The notes under the pieces were generated by a model that worked only from the letters and a program-made list of their open reading frames with translations, was not told where the DNA came from and ran no database searches. Of a DNA stretch of 64,000 nucleotides, positions 52,273-64,000 are shown piece by piece (within the stretch, counting starts at the first letter, position 1; every line of letters starts with the position of its first letter). The stretch lies in NCBI RefSeq assembly GCF_009914755.1, contig NC_060928.1, one strand, 5' to 3'. The DNA is from the human T2T-CHM13v2.0 reference genome, Homo sapiens. The position numbers and the translations under genes are program-made.

Positions 52273-53324
52273 AACAACGAAAAGCTACTTTTTAATGCAA
52301 TCTCTCCTCAAATTTTTCTTAGAAACTTGCTTATAGTTAATTAGGTATGGTTCATTAATTCCTACCTGTTCTAAAAACTAAGGCACTACAAAAATAATAG
52401 GTACATCATTTGTGACTCTCTGAGGAAACACAGAGCTTACAAAAAAGAAACCTAGTAGTAACATAGAGATAATATGTCATTTTCCATTTTCAACAAATCA
52501 TGTCATCAAAGACATAATGCAGAGAATTATAGAATATTCAACAGCAAACATTAAAAATTTACATTCTGATTAGTGTTATTTTATCACTTATAAATAATTT
52601 AAATAAAAGTTTGGTACTGTTCTGTTATTTGACATTGCTAAGGTATGAACTTGCCAACAGAAGTTGGTTTTTTTCCATCTTCAAAGAAAATCTAAACTTT
52701 AATCTTTTACACAAGGCAGGGATAAAATCCTTCTACTACTTAGTGCAGAGAAAATGCTGAGTTAAATGTCTTGATACCTTAGTACTCCATCTCTTTCCTT
52801 TCTGTTGCTTCTGGAAGCCATCTGAAGATCGACTATCATTCCTGTAGAGCTGACTCAGTCTTTCCTCATTATCCCTGTCCCTTTAATCCATGTTCTCTTA
52901 TCTCTTCTCTCTTCTTCCCCAACTTTGTTCCCTCATTTTCCAGGTGAGTTGGGGGGCTTTCCATCCATAGTGGGACTGCTGCCTTACATTTCTCAATTGG
53001 AAGATGAATCAGTTGGACAATTTTGTGGGACATCTTTGATATAGATGTCTTGCTAAACCTTGATAGGCCCTAGAGTTTTTGTTTGTTTTGTTTTATTTTC
53101 TTCTTTGTTTTGGTAATAAGATAATCTTGATTGAGCAAAGGTCTAGAAAGATGAGCTTACTTTTGGTCAAAATGAGACAGACAACTGATTTCAACATTTC
53201 TTTTTCTCTAGGTATGTGATAAGGACAAAAGATAAAACTCTCTCAAATGGTACTTGAAATATAGAGTTAAGGGTGCTGTGAACAACAGAGTTGCTTTTAA
53301 AACCATTTCATCAGCACAATACCG

Positions 53325-53535
53325 TGGTTGAAAACATGAGATACTAAGAGTTACGCTATCTACATTCAAACGTCAGCTCTACCACTTATTAGCTGTGTAA
53401 CCACAGCAACCTCTCTATGTCAGTATTAGGAATGATAATAAATCCTATTTAGTAGGATCACCGCAAGAATTAAATAAGTCCACACATTTAAGGCACCTAG
53501 AATAGGACCTAGCAGAACATAAATGTTCAACTATT
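53325..53535 (+). mobile_element. MIR SINE relic
   Basis: ttcaaacgtcagctctaccacttattagctgtg, aagaattaaataag, aaggcacctagaatag. Confidence 0.75.
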
Positions 53536-54550
53536 AAATTATTTTAATATATTTTGGGTTTCATTAGGCCTGCAAAAGTAAGGTAAGTATCTATAGTCTG
53601 GATAGCGAGAACCACAACAGGAAAGTGATTACACTATACTTTGCATGAACAAAAAGGAGCTAATTAGAAAGTGGCCCATAGCATCTGTCCTCAGATTGGG
53701 AATGGGAAAAGAACCTTCCCCTGTACTCTCCCAATTGGTGGCCATCTAACAACATCCAATAAGACTCAGATTGATTTATTTATACCTCTCTTTTTCTATC
53801 AAGGTGCCTTAATGTTGCTAAGTGATGCTAAGTTCTAGGGTGATTCTAGGGTGCCTGAACCATCCAGACATCCCTAAAGAATAAATGAATGTTGGTGGAA
53901 AGCTGTTTGGTCTGTACTGATGAGGCTTTGCCAACTCCATCGCTAACCCAGGGTTTCAGATATTTTACTGTAAGTTTGTTTGCTCTAATCCATGCTAAGA
54001 CCTTTCCATACATTATCTCACTTCCTCCTTACAACCTCTCTATGCGACAGAGTTCATCATTTTCTCCATCTTACATATGAAATTTCACTATTTGCCAGGC
54101 ACTTAAAGTTCAGATAAAAATTATGCAGATACAGTCACCACTCTCTTAGAATGTACACTTTCATAGAGAAAAGACATTGAACCCTATTAATAAAATAATG
54201 TGCTTAAAATTGTTATACACACCTAAAGGAGCTCCACAAGGTACTATCAGCCCTGGTTTTAGAGACTACAGAAGGACAAAGTATATGTAAAAATATAGCT
54301 GGTAGCCCATGGGATATCCAAGAAAAAGGACTTGTGTTTGCAACGAAGCTGGGGTAGAAGGTATCATGGCATATTCTAGGATATGAGAGAAGACCTGGCT
54401 TGTTGGAAGTCAGACAGAGAAGAGGAGTAAGGACAAAGGAAAATGTTAAGTGTGGTCTGTTGAGGCTATCATGAAAGGCCTCAGGATCATGTTAAATATT
54501 TTGGGCATGAGGCATATGACAATGCACAGCCATTTAAATATTTTAATCAT

Positions 54551-54860
<310 letters not shown>

Positions 54861-55583
54861 TAAATATTTTAATCATGAAAATAACATGCTTATATTTGTT
54901 TATACCCTGGCTATAGTGTATAGATTGGATGTTGCCCCTCTCTCTTGCATTTAACTCTTCAGCCTCTCTTTGGTGGTATTTTTGTGTAAAGCTTTATATA
55001 AGACTTTAAAATTTATGCTTTACTTTTACTATAAGAGAACAGTATGCCCTTTAGCCACATTTCATTTTTTAAAAGATATTTATAATCCTCAAGAAACGAT
55101 AGTAAAGGCATTGTCTATAGAAATAGAGATTTGAGAATAAGAATTTTTTTTTTCCTTTTTGCCTATGTTTTAGTATTTCAGAAGTTCTAATAAGACAGTA
55201 AAAGAACAGCATGCCTTTAAAAGCAAGGTTCTAATTTACATACCAACTTAATTGGCCATGAGATCTTCAACTTCTATTTCTTCCAGCACAAGTATCAGAA
55301 TTTTTTTTCTTGCCCTTGCTGTAAAAATCCTCGAAGAGTAAATAGATTTATGTAACACAATGTTCTTAAAACTTTGACCTAGTCATAATTCAGTGTGATT
55401 TTAATTCCTTTATACCTAAGTGCTAGGCAACATGCCACAATGTGAAATAGGAAGGGGAAAAAGATATATTTAGAGTTTGGAGGGCAAGAAAACTTTAAAA
55501 AACAAAAATAGGGCTAATAATTGTAAAAGGGCTTTAGAATGAATAATCTAAAGGACTTCCAGGAATGAAAATGAAACACTCTT

Positions 55584-56976
55584 AGAGAGCAGAGAAAGAC
55601 GATCAACTAGAAGCCTCCAGTGATTGTCTTCCCCACAGGAACTCCAAATTGAGCAACTATTCATACAAAAAAAAGCAACTTCATAAGAACCAAAAATCAG
55701 GTAGGCATTCGCAGCACCTGGTTTTAACATCATATTAAGGAATGAGGCACTGAATACAGGAGGGAAGACGGTTTTGTATGGCCTACACCACTCCATCACC
55801 ATCCCCTGGCAGCAGGCACGTGGTGTAGAGGGAGAATCTGTGTGTTTGGGGGAGGGAAAGTGCAGTGATTATGGGACTTTGCATTGAAATGCAGTGCTGC
55901 CCTGTCAGAGTGGAAAGCAGAACTCAGAAAGTAGGACAGGGAAGAACTCAGCCAGTGTGGATGGAGGGAGCATCTAGACAAGCCTTAGCCAGAGGCAAAG
56001 TGTCCATCCCATTGGTCCAAATCTGAGTTCCTGCAAGCCTTGCCACCATGAGCTAAAGTGCCCTGGGGTCCTCAATCAACTTGAAAGGCGGTATAGGCCC
56101 CAGTTGCCAAGCTGCAATTCCTGGGCAAGTCCTGGTGCTGTGCTGGGCTTGGAGCCAGTGGTCTTGGGATGCACATGACCTAGCAAGATGCCAGCTAGAG
56201 CAGCCAAGGGAATGATTGCATCATCATGCTTCCCCAACCCCAGGCAGCACAGCTCGCAGTGCCAGCAGAGACTCCTTCCTTTTGCTTGAGAGGTGAGGGG
56301 AGAGTAAAGAGGGCTTTGTCTTGCAACCTGTATGCCAGTTCAGCCACAGCAGGACAGGGCACCAGACAGAGTCCTGAGGCTCCCATTTCAAGCCTTAGCT
56401 CCCCAATAACATTTCTAGACACAGCCTAGGCCAGAAGGGAACCCACTGCCTTGAATGGAAAGAGCCAGTCCTGGCAGGATTCATCACCTGCTGACTAATA
56501 AGCACCTGGGTCCTGAATAATCAGCAATCATACCCAGGCAGTACTTGCTGAGGGCCTTGGGTGAGACTTAGAGCTGTGCAAACTTCAGGTGTGACCCAGA
56601 ATAATCCCAGCTTGGATGGCTATGAGAAGAAAGAGACTTCTTCTGTTTGAGGGAAGGAAAGAGAAGTAAAGGGGACTTCGTCTTATAGCTTGGGTACCAG
56701 CTCAGCCACAGTGAGGTACAGCAACAAGTACACTCATGTGGTCCCCGAGCACAGACCTAGGCTCTTAGACAGCATTTCTGGACCTGCCCAGGGCCAGAGG
56801 GAAGCCCAGTGCCCTGAATGGTGCTGGTCTGATAGAACCCCACCATGAGCTGATGGTAGTTGTGGCCACAGGGAGAGGCACCTCTGCATGTGGAAAGGGG
56901 AGAAAACAGTAGGAATGAATTTGTATTGTGATTTGTGTCAGCTTAGTCACAGTAGAATAGAACACTGAGTAAATTT
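55584..56976 (+). mobile_element. Old L1 (L1M/L1MA-type) 5' UTR region
   Basis: cataagaaccaaaaatcaggt, acctggttttaacatcatatt, gggagaatctgtgtgtttgggggagggaaagtgcagtgatt, repeated ggccagagggga..cccactgccttgaa subunits. Confidence 0.8.
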
Positions 56977-57961
56977 CATCATGACTAAGTGGGATTTATC
57001 CCAGGGATGCAAGGATAGTTCAACACACACAAATCAATCAATGTGATACATAATGTCAAAAGAATGAAGAGCAAAATCCAAATGATTATTTTGACAGATT
57101 CCAAAAAAGGCATTTGATACAATCAACATCCCTTCATGATAAAAACCCTCAAAAAACTGGGTATAAAAGGAATATACCTTAACACATAAAAGCCAAATAA
57201 AGAACAAATCCCCAGATGGTATCACGCTGAATGGAGAAAAACTGAAAGCTTTTCCTGTAACATCTGGAACAAGAAAAGGATGCCCATTTTCACCACTGTT
57301 ATACAATATAGTACTAGAAGTCCTAGGTAGAGCAATTAGACAAGAGAAAAAAGTAAAGGGCATCAAAATAGGAAAGGAAGAAGTCAAATTATCATTGTTT
57401 GAAGATAATATGATCTTATAGTTGAAAAACCCTAAGGACTCCATCAAAAAAAAATATTAGAACTGATAAAAAAATTCAGCGAAGTTGCAGGATACATAAT
57501 TAACCAGAAAAATCACTAGCATTTCCATATGCCAACAATGAACAATCTGAAAAAGGAATTAAAAAAAGTAATCCCATTTGCAACAGCTACAAATAAAATA
57601 AAGTACTTAGATGCAAACTTAATTAAAGAAAGGAAGGAACTCTACACTGAAAACTACAAAGCATTGATGCAATATATTAAAGAGGACACACAAAAATAGA
57701 AAGATATCCCATGTTCATGGATTGGAAGAATCACTATTGTTAAAATGTCTATACTACATAAGCAATCTACAGATTCAATGCAATCTCTATTAAAATATCA
57801 ATGACATTCTTCACCAAATTAATATGGAACCACAAAAGCCAAAGCTATCCTGAATACAAATGAAAATTAAAAAAAAAACTGGAGGAATCACATTCTGACT
57901 TCAAATTAAACTACAGAGATACAGTAACCAAAACAGCATGGTACTAGCAGACACATAGACC
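56977..57961 (+). mobile_element. L1 ORF2 (reverse-transcriptase region) fragment, inactivated, no 3' end
   Basis: aagtgggatttatcccagggatgcaagga (QVGFIPGMQG region), ggatgcccattttcacc, ttgtttgaagataatatgatc (FADDM-like), catgttcatggattggaagaatc; many stops and frameshifts. Confidence 0.92.
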
Positions 57962-59084
57962 TATAGGATATTTTGTTTCAATTCTTTGATTGCATTTCTA
58001 ATAGCAATAGTTTTTCTTAAATTATAGAAAAATCTCAACATATATTTCAAATGTGAAAACATATCAAAAGTTTTCATTGTTTCTGTAAATCTGGGTTCAC
58101 AAAATTAACCACTAAGAGAATTTGCAGATGGTTTACTAAAATAAGTCTGACTTAAAAGTAATTAGAAAATTCGGAGGCACTTCAATTTAACAGAAAAAAC
58201 AATCATGTAAATAGAAAACCAGAGTGTCCTATCTGATAAGACTGATGGAAGCCTATTGAAAATAATAGAGCTTCTCCACTAATTTGGTTGACCAATTCAT
58301 TTCCTGAATGAGTAATCCTCATCTTTGCCTGCCTTTACTTTAGCCAAGAGAAAGGTCCTTCTTGCCTGGCTCCCTAAAATGAGAAAGTAGTACCAATCCA
58401 GTAAGCTGCCATAGCTTTTGGGTGGTGTCCTATAGGCCATCAAAAGACTGGGAACCAGGGACTTTCCATATTTAGTGGATTAACTGCATTTTACTAAATA
58501 TGTCATTTTTCAAACTTTTCTACAACTATACTTTGAATATACTACATTTGTAAAAATTTGCATCTTAAGTTTTGATTTCTGATTGTATGTCTAGTCCCTA
58601 GGAATAGTGTAAACATTGTTATGCTAGCAATAATCTATACCTTTCTACTTTTTTCCCTGCCATATTTCTATTTGATGTGTTCTCCATTGCAGTAAGTACA
58701 TGCTTCAGATTCAGATCCACTTCAAAATATACTGAGTTTTCTGTGCATAAATGTCACTTTAATGACTACAGCAGTTCATCTTACGAATGTACCATAAATA
58801 GCTCATTTCTTCAGTGTTCAACATGCAGGCTACTTCTGCTCTTCTGTTATAATAAATACTGTTTCAATGAATATCATTTTCTGTAAATTTTCATTTGCAT
58901 TTTATGCTACTTTTAAGGTAGAATTCCAGCAGAAAGATTCAAAGATCATGAATACTTTCAGTTATTGAGATACATTGCCAAGTGCTTTCACCAGAAGTTG
59001 TAAAAGTTTTCAGCTGGAAATTGCTTATGATAAAATGTTATTTAAAAAGCTGAGGATAAAATTTAACATATAGTGTGCACTTAA

Positions 59085-59280
59085 CCTGTGAAGTGCAAAG
59101 TGAGGGGGTGGGAGTAGTCTGGCTGAAGGAGAACTATTTTATCACTGCCATTGTTTAGAATTGCCCAAGCATGGTGACAACAAAAAGCAGACCCACTATT
59201 AGTTGGTTTTACTATTGCTATTAAATTCCCTTCAAACAGCGCACCCTCTCGTGCTTACACCTGAGGGGCCACTGCTTTTA
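59085..59280 (-). mobile_element. ORSL-like hAT-Tip100 relic
   Basis: tattttatcactgccattgtttagaattgc..catggtgacaacaaaaagcagac..gttggttttactattg. Confidence 0.55.
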
Positions 59281-60144
59281 ATTACATAAATTTATATACA
59301 TAAAATAAGAGCCATATATCAAGTTGTTGACACAAGCAATGTGTAGTTTATTTATTAAACAATATCTATTGTGTGCTCTTCATGTGCCCACACCCCATGA
59401 GGTAGTAGAGATGGAATGTTAAATAAGACAAAGTTCATGCTCTCAAGAGGTAAAGTGGGGGCTGGAATTATGGGTGATTTTTTATTCTCTTCTACATACT
59501 GGCAGTGCCCACATTTTGCAAAAATGAACAAATTACTTTTATTTTTAGAATAATAATAAATGCATTAATTACTACAAGTTAAAACTGCTATGATGAAATC
59601 TATTACTACGCATTCTTTAATATTGCAAACTAGATTCATTACTCCCTCCACAAACTTTGTTTTCATACAAGGGGTCATTTGAAAGTCCCAAAGAGAGACA
59701 ATATAAAAATGCAAATTGATGAATGTAGGTTGAAAAATCTGGGGAAGTTCCCATGTTCAGAATAGGCCCTCCTATTCCCTCCCCGATCCCATTGATCTGC
59801 CCAAAGACACACCTTCAAAAAGTGTCATGGAATTCCTCAGATACAACCAACAATAGATACTTTATAAATTTAATAGAATCACAATTACAAAGAGGATTTG
59901 AGGATGTTACAAACTGTGTCTGAGTCATTGCCAAGTCATCAGCTATATTACTTTCAACTTTTGAAATGTTTGAAGAACATGTGCTTTGTTAGAAACCTGG
60001 GGGAAGGGATGGGAAAATTCTCTGAGAAATTTCTGCCAAGAGGGAAGGAATGAACAGAAGTGATGCCTGCTTGGGTGGTGTCATATAAGATCTGGGAGTT
60101 GAGGCCTCATGAATACAGGGCATTTCCTTCATCACACAGAGGAC

Positions 60145-60660
60145 ATCATCATCCATTTATTTATATTACAAATATTTTTGGTATACTTAAGTTATAAACA
60201 TAAAGTTATCCTGGATATATAGAAGTGAATTAAATATTTGAAGTTTTGTCCTTATGGCTCTTACAATTTAATAAGTCTAATAAAATGAGAAAACAAAGTA
60301 AATAAATCCATATTTTCAAATTTGTTATAATATAAAAGAACGTGGTGGTCTGAGAAAGAAAGATAAGGAGCCCTTATGTAAGATGAGATGTTCACAGAAA
60401 GACCTTCTGGGAAAGAGACATTCCAGCTGAATCCCAGGGCAAAAAGGTGCTAGATATTATAGAGTGAAAGGAAAAACTTTCAGGTCAAGGAAATTGCAAG
60501 TGAGAGGCTATGACACAGGACTGGTAGCATGAGAAGCTCTGAGAGATCATTTGGCTATAATGAAGTGAACAAGCGGGAGAATGGTGTAAGAATGAAGTTG
60601 GAAAGGTGGGTAGGAATTAAGTTATCAAGTAGAGAGATATCTGGAGACCAGTAGACAGAA
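60145..60660 (-). mobile_element. L2 relic, diverged
   Basis: cagaaagaccttctggg, tgcaagtgagaggc, aatgaagttggaaaggtgggtagg. Confidence 0.5.
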
Positions 60661-62581
60661 ATATATGGTTGAGGCTTGGAGGGATTTGGGAAAGATTATA
60701 ATGGAAGGGACTTCATAGAAGCGGGACTGCTGTGACAATCAGTACATATAGGAAGCCACCGTATTTTCTCTCGAAAGAGAGGGACCCAGAAAGGTGAGTT
60801 CACATGGAAGTCATAAATGTCACTGTTTCTGGGCATCTTCATAAGTCCTAGGTAGCAGGAATTGGAGGGAGAGGGTATGAAATGGAAAGCCTGCCCATAA
60901 TGTCTAATGACTAAGCAACACAACAGAGCATGGTTACCAAGTAAACCAGGGTGATCACTGGTCATTTACATCCTACTTTATCACGTAGCCACTGGTGCAA
61001 ACTGCTAATAAAATGAAATTCAGTGTCTCTAATCTCTGATTGTGTCTACAACATGTACAGTATGTTTAAATTTGATAGAAGTATAGAATGATAGTTTATT
61101 TCTTTATTCCTTCTGAAGCCATCTTCCTCTCAATTTGAGATATTTTTTTGACATGGATAATGCAGGTCACAGAAGGAAGCCTTCTTTTTTCTTTGAATAG
61201 ACCAGGAATAGGAATGATAAATAACAAATAACTGAAATTCAAGTCAATCTGAAGCCAAAAAGAAAATCTGATGATATAATATTATTAACCATATGGAAAA
61301 CCCACTTTAATTGCTACACTAATTCTGCTACCAATAAGATTAGTGCAGAAAAGACTGAATGAAGTCACTTCAATATTAATTGGTCTTTCAAAGCTTAAAC
61401 AGAAATGGCTATTTTAAATTAATTTAGGAAGACTACAGGCACTGATTGTTTCAAATAGTGGCGTGAAAAGAGAAAAAGTAAGTGCTAAGAGGCTTAAGAA
61501 CATTATTAAACTCATTTATTATTCTTTTTTAATATAGAGTAAATTATAGAAATCTTACAAAATCAACAGAAGGAAAGATAATAGGCTATCATGAAATATG
61601 CAATTTATTTTTTAAATGGGAAAAGAACTATTGAATCATAAATGGAAGAACCATTAGGAAGTTATGTAAATGTTTCCCCTTCGAGTAATATAAATCCCAT
61701 ATCACCCTAATGTGTACACCCCAATAGTTTTATTCATTATCATAAATTTCAGAAGTCTCATTCCTTCACAATATATTTCAAAGGCATTTTATTTTCATTT
61801 TTAACAATTAAACAATTTTATCGTCTCATATCTTCAAAATATATTCTGCAGTTTGTTAAAAAGAAATGGGACTTGCCTAGCAATTAACAACGTAGATAAT
61901 GGATTAACTTGATTTTGCTTTACTTCATTGTTATCTTTCACCTTTAGGAATTACAATTTTTAAGACTGGAAACAGAAAGGGCCATGGGTAGTCCAAAATT
62001 TCAGACATCATGAATATTCTTTGTTATAATCCTGCCATAGGGACTTTGCATTAAAAACAAACAGGAAAAAAAATTCTTCAGTCCCCTCCCTAGCTTCACC
62101 TCTTACCAAGAGAGCAGGCTCATGACCTAAGAATCAAATAGGTTCTAGAGTCAGACATACCTGGATTCAAATTCTTGTTCCTCCATTTATTAATACCATA
62201 ATTATATGCTTGAATAAGTAAGTTATTAACCACTTCTGGGCCTCAGCTTTCTACTCTAGAAAACAGACACAAAGATATCCCACAGGAACCACTTACAGTG
62301 TATGTGACAGGATCTAATATAATACTTAGCAGACATTAGCTGTTCCATAAATATTCATTTTGCTTTCCTTAAAAGTCAGTTGGCATACATTTTCAAAATC
62401 TGGCTGATTGAACCAGTGTCTCACCAAACATCTTTTCAAATTCTAGAAATCTACTGTAGAAGTTTAGGGTCAAAACAGTGGAGTCATCCTGAATTATCTT
62501 GGATAGAAGACATAAACTTTCTAAGTCTATTTCCTTGCCAGTGAGATGAACAGTAACACAGCCTATTTCGCTGGGTGAGAG

Positions 62582-62799
62582 CAGAATTTCTCAGCCTCAG
62601 AATTATAGACATTTTGGACGAAATCATTTTTTGTTGTAGGGGGTTGTCTTGACAATTCTATGATATTTAGCAGCATGACAAGCCTCCATCCAATAGATGG
62701 CCTAAGTAGCTCCATCCCAAGTCACAACAACCATAAACATCTCCAGACATTGCCCAATTTATTCTGGGGAACAAACTAAGCCTTCATTGAGAACTACTG
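62582..62799. mobile_element. MER20 hAT-Charlie element inserted in a MIR
   Basis: tttgttgtagggggttgtc, tttagcagcat, acaacc..aaacatctccagacattgcc, ttgagaactactg. MIR pieces on both sides (~62480-62575 and ~62800-62880). Confidence 0.85.
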
Positions 62800-63291
62800 G
62801 ATTAGAATAAGTAAAGTAACTTGAAAATCACTTAACATAGTACTTAGAACACAGTGATTTTCAATAGATGTTAGTGATTAATTTTTACCCAGGTATAAAA
62901 TTAAGGATTGCATTTCTGATTATGTTATCTCTTCAATATTATGCATAAGCATTGGTGACAGTAAAGAAACTGCTCAAAGAGGAGCCAGATTTTTCCATAA
63001 TGACCCCAAAGCCACCAAAAATAAAATGATTAGATACAATTCTTTTGGGCAAATATTCATTTGGACCTTGGGTATAAGGTGATGCTGGCATCCTGCTCTG
63101 CCTGACCTCCTTCTAGGGACCATTCTGTCTTTCCTAGTTGGTGCCATGCTGTGTCTGTGTCTCTTAAAGCAAGGTTACATCATGCTGCTCAGGAAGCAGG
63201 CTGAGCAATGGGAATAGCTCAACTCTGCATTGAGTTATGCCAGTTTGGGCTTCATGCAGGGCTGATGCAGCTTGCACATGGCTATCACTTC

Positions 63292-63536
63292 TTTTTTTTT
63301 ATTCTATTATTATTATACTTTAAGTTTTAGGGTACATGTGCACAACATGCAGGTTTGTTACATATGTATACATGTGCCATGTTGGTGTGGCACATATACA
63401 CCATGGAATACTATGCAGCCATAAAAAATGATGAGTTCATGTCCTTTGTAGGGACATGGATGAAACTGGAAACCATCATTCTCAGCAAACTATCACAAGG
63501 ACAAAAAACCAAACACCGGATGTTCTCACTCATAGG
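63292..63536 (-). mobile_element. Very short L1PA (PA4-like) with 5' inversion
   Basis: Antisense tail and 3' end at 63292-63389, sense segment at 63386-63536. TSD GGCTATCACTTC at 63280-63291 / 63535-63546. Confidence 0.95.
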
Positions 63537-63865
63537 CTATCACTTCCTTCGGGCTCTCCTTTCTTTCAAAAAGCCTTCTGCCAAATCTACCATGTGACCA
63601 GCATGTGTGCACATCTTCTGTGTACGCTTCAAAAGTGCAGGTGTCACAAATAAATGAGTTCACAATTTAGGATGCTGTTAGTAGATTCCTGACTTTCTCT
63701 GAAAGTTAGAAGTGTATTATAAAAACAAAACTTACATCTATATGTAAGTTGACTGCATCAGACTCACCCCATGGGCATTAGAGTGTGACATTAGTAGTGA
63801 GCCATCAGTAATGTCCCAATAGATCCCACTGACTTGCCACACGTAACACTTGTTTGCATAGACCA

Positions 63866-64000
63866 CAGGACTGCAAACTTCAGCAGCCACTCACTCCCAG
63901 TCAAATCCAGGCCCTCATCTCTTTTCCAAATAAAGTGTTATTGAAACACAGCTACATTCATTTGTTTCATTCATCTATGAGTGTTTCAGGCTACAGTGGC
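63866..64000. mobile_element. MER58A-like element, runs off the window edge
   Basis: caaatccaggcc, aataaagtgttattgaaacacagc, cattcatttgttt, gctacagtggc. Confidence 0.75.

Noticed and set aside
56960-56990. L1 junction as a spliced retrotransposed element
   Set aside because: The donor-like GT sequence is retained at the junction rather than removed, so microhomology deletion fits better.
57034-57447. 137-aa minus-strand ORF
   Set aside because: Antisense frame of a decayed L1 ORF2, a common artefact.

Overview
This is AT-rich, CpG-depleted primate genomic DNA, human or great ape given AluY and an AluYd-type 12-bp deletion. It reads as an intergenic or large-intron segment. I see no intact protein-coding gene, RNA gene, CRISPR array or prokaryotic system, and nearly all listed ORFs are chance frames or lie in repeats. 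The window holds 12 Alus, several MIR and L2 relics, solo LTRs (MER52, MER31, THE1C, MLT1A, MST, LTR47-like, MER34/39-like), DNA transposon relics, old L1M fragments, two short 5'-inverted (twin-primed) L1PA insertions with target-site duplications (TSDs), microsatellites and local duplications. The most interesting non-repeat signal is a collinear set of exon-like remnants on the minus strand at about 42.0-48.0 kb. These are a frameshifted 160-nt Asn/Thr/Ser exon with 12-nt periodicity, an open 90-nt phase-1 exon, and a degraded GAIN/GPS-like segment. Together they may be a decayed glycoprotein or adhesion-GPCR-like unitary pseudogene; this is an unverified inference. Repeat family names come from remembered consensus sequences, and boundaries without a TSD are approximate.
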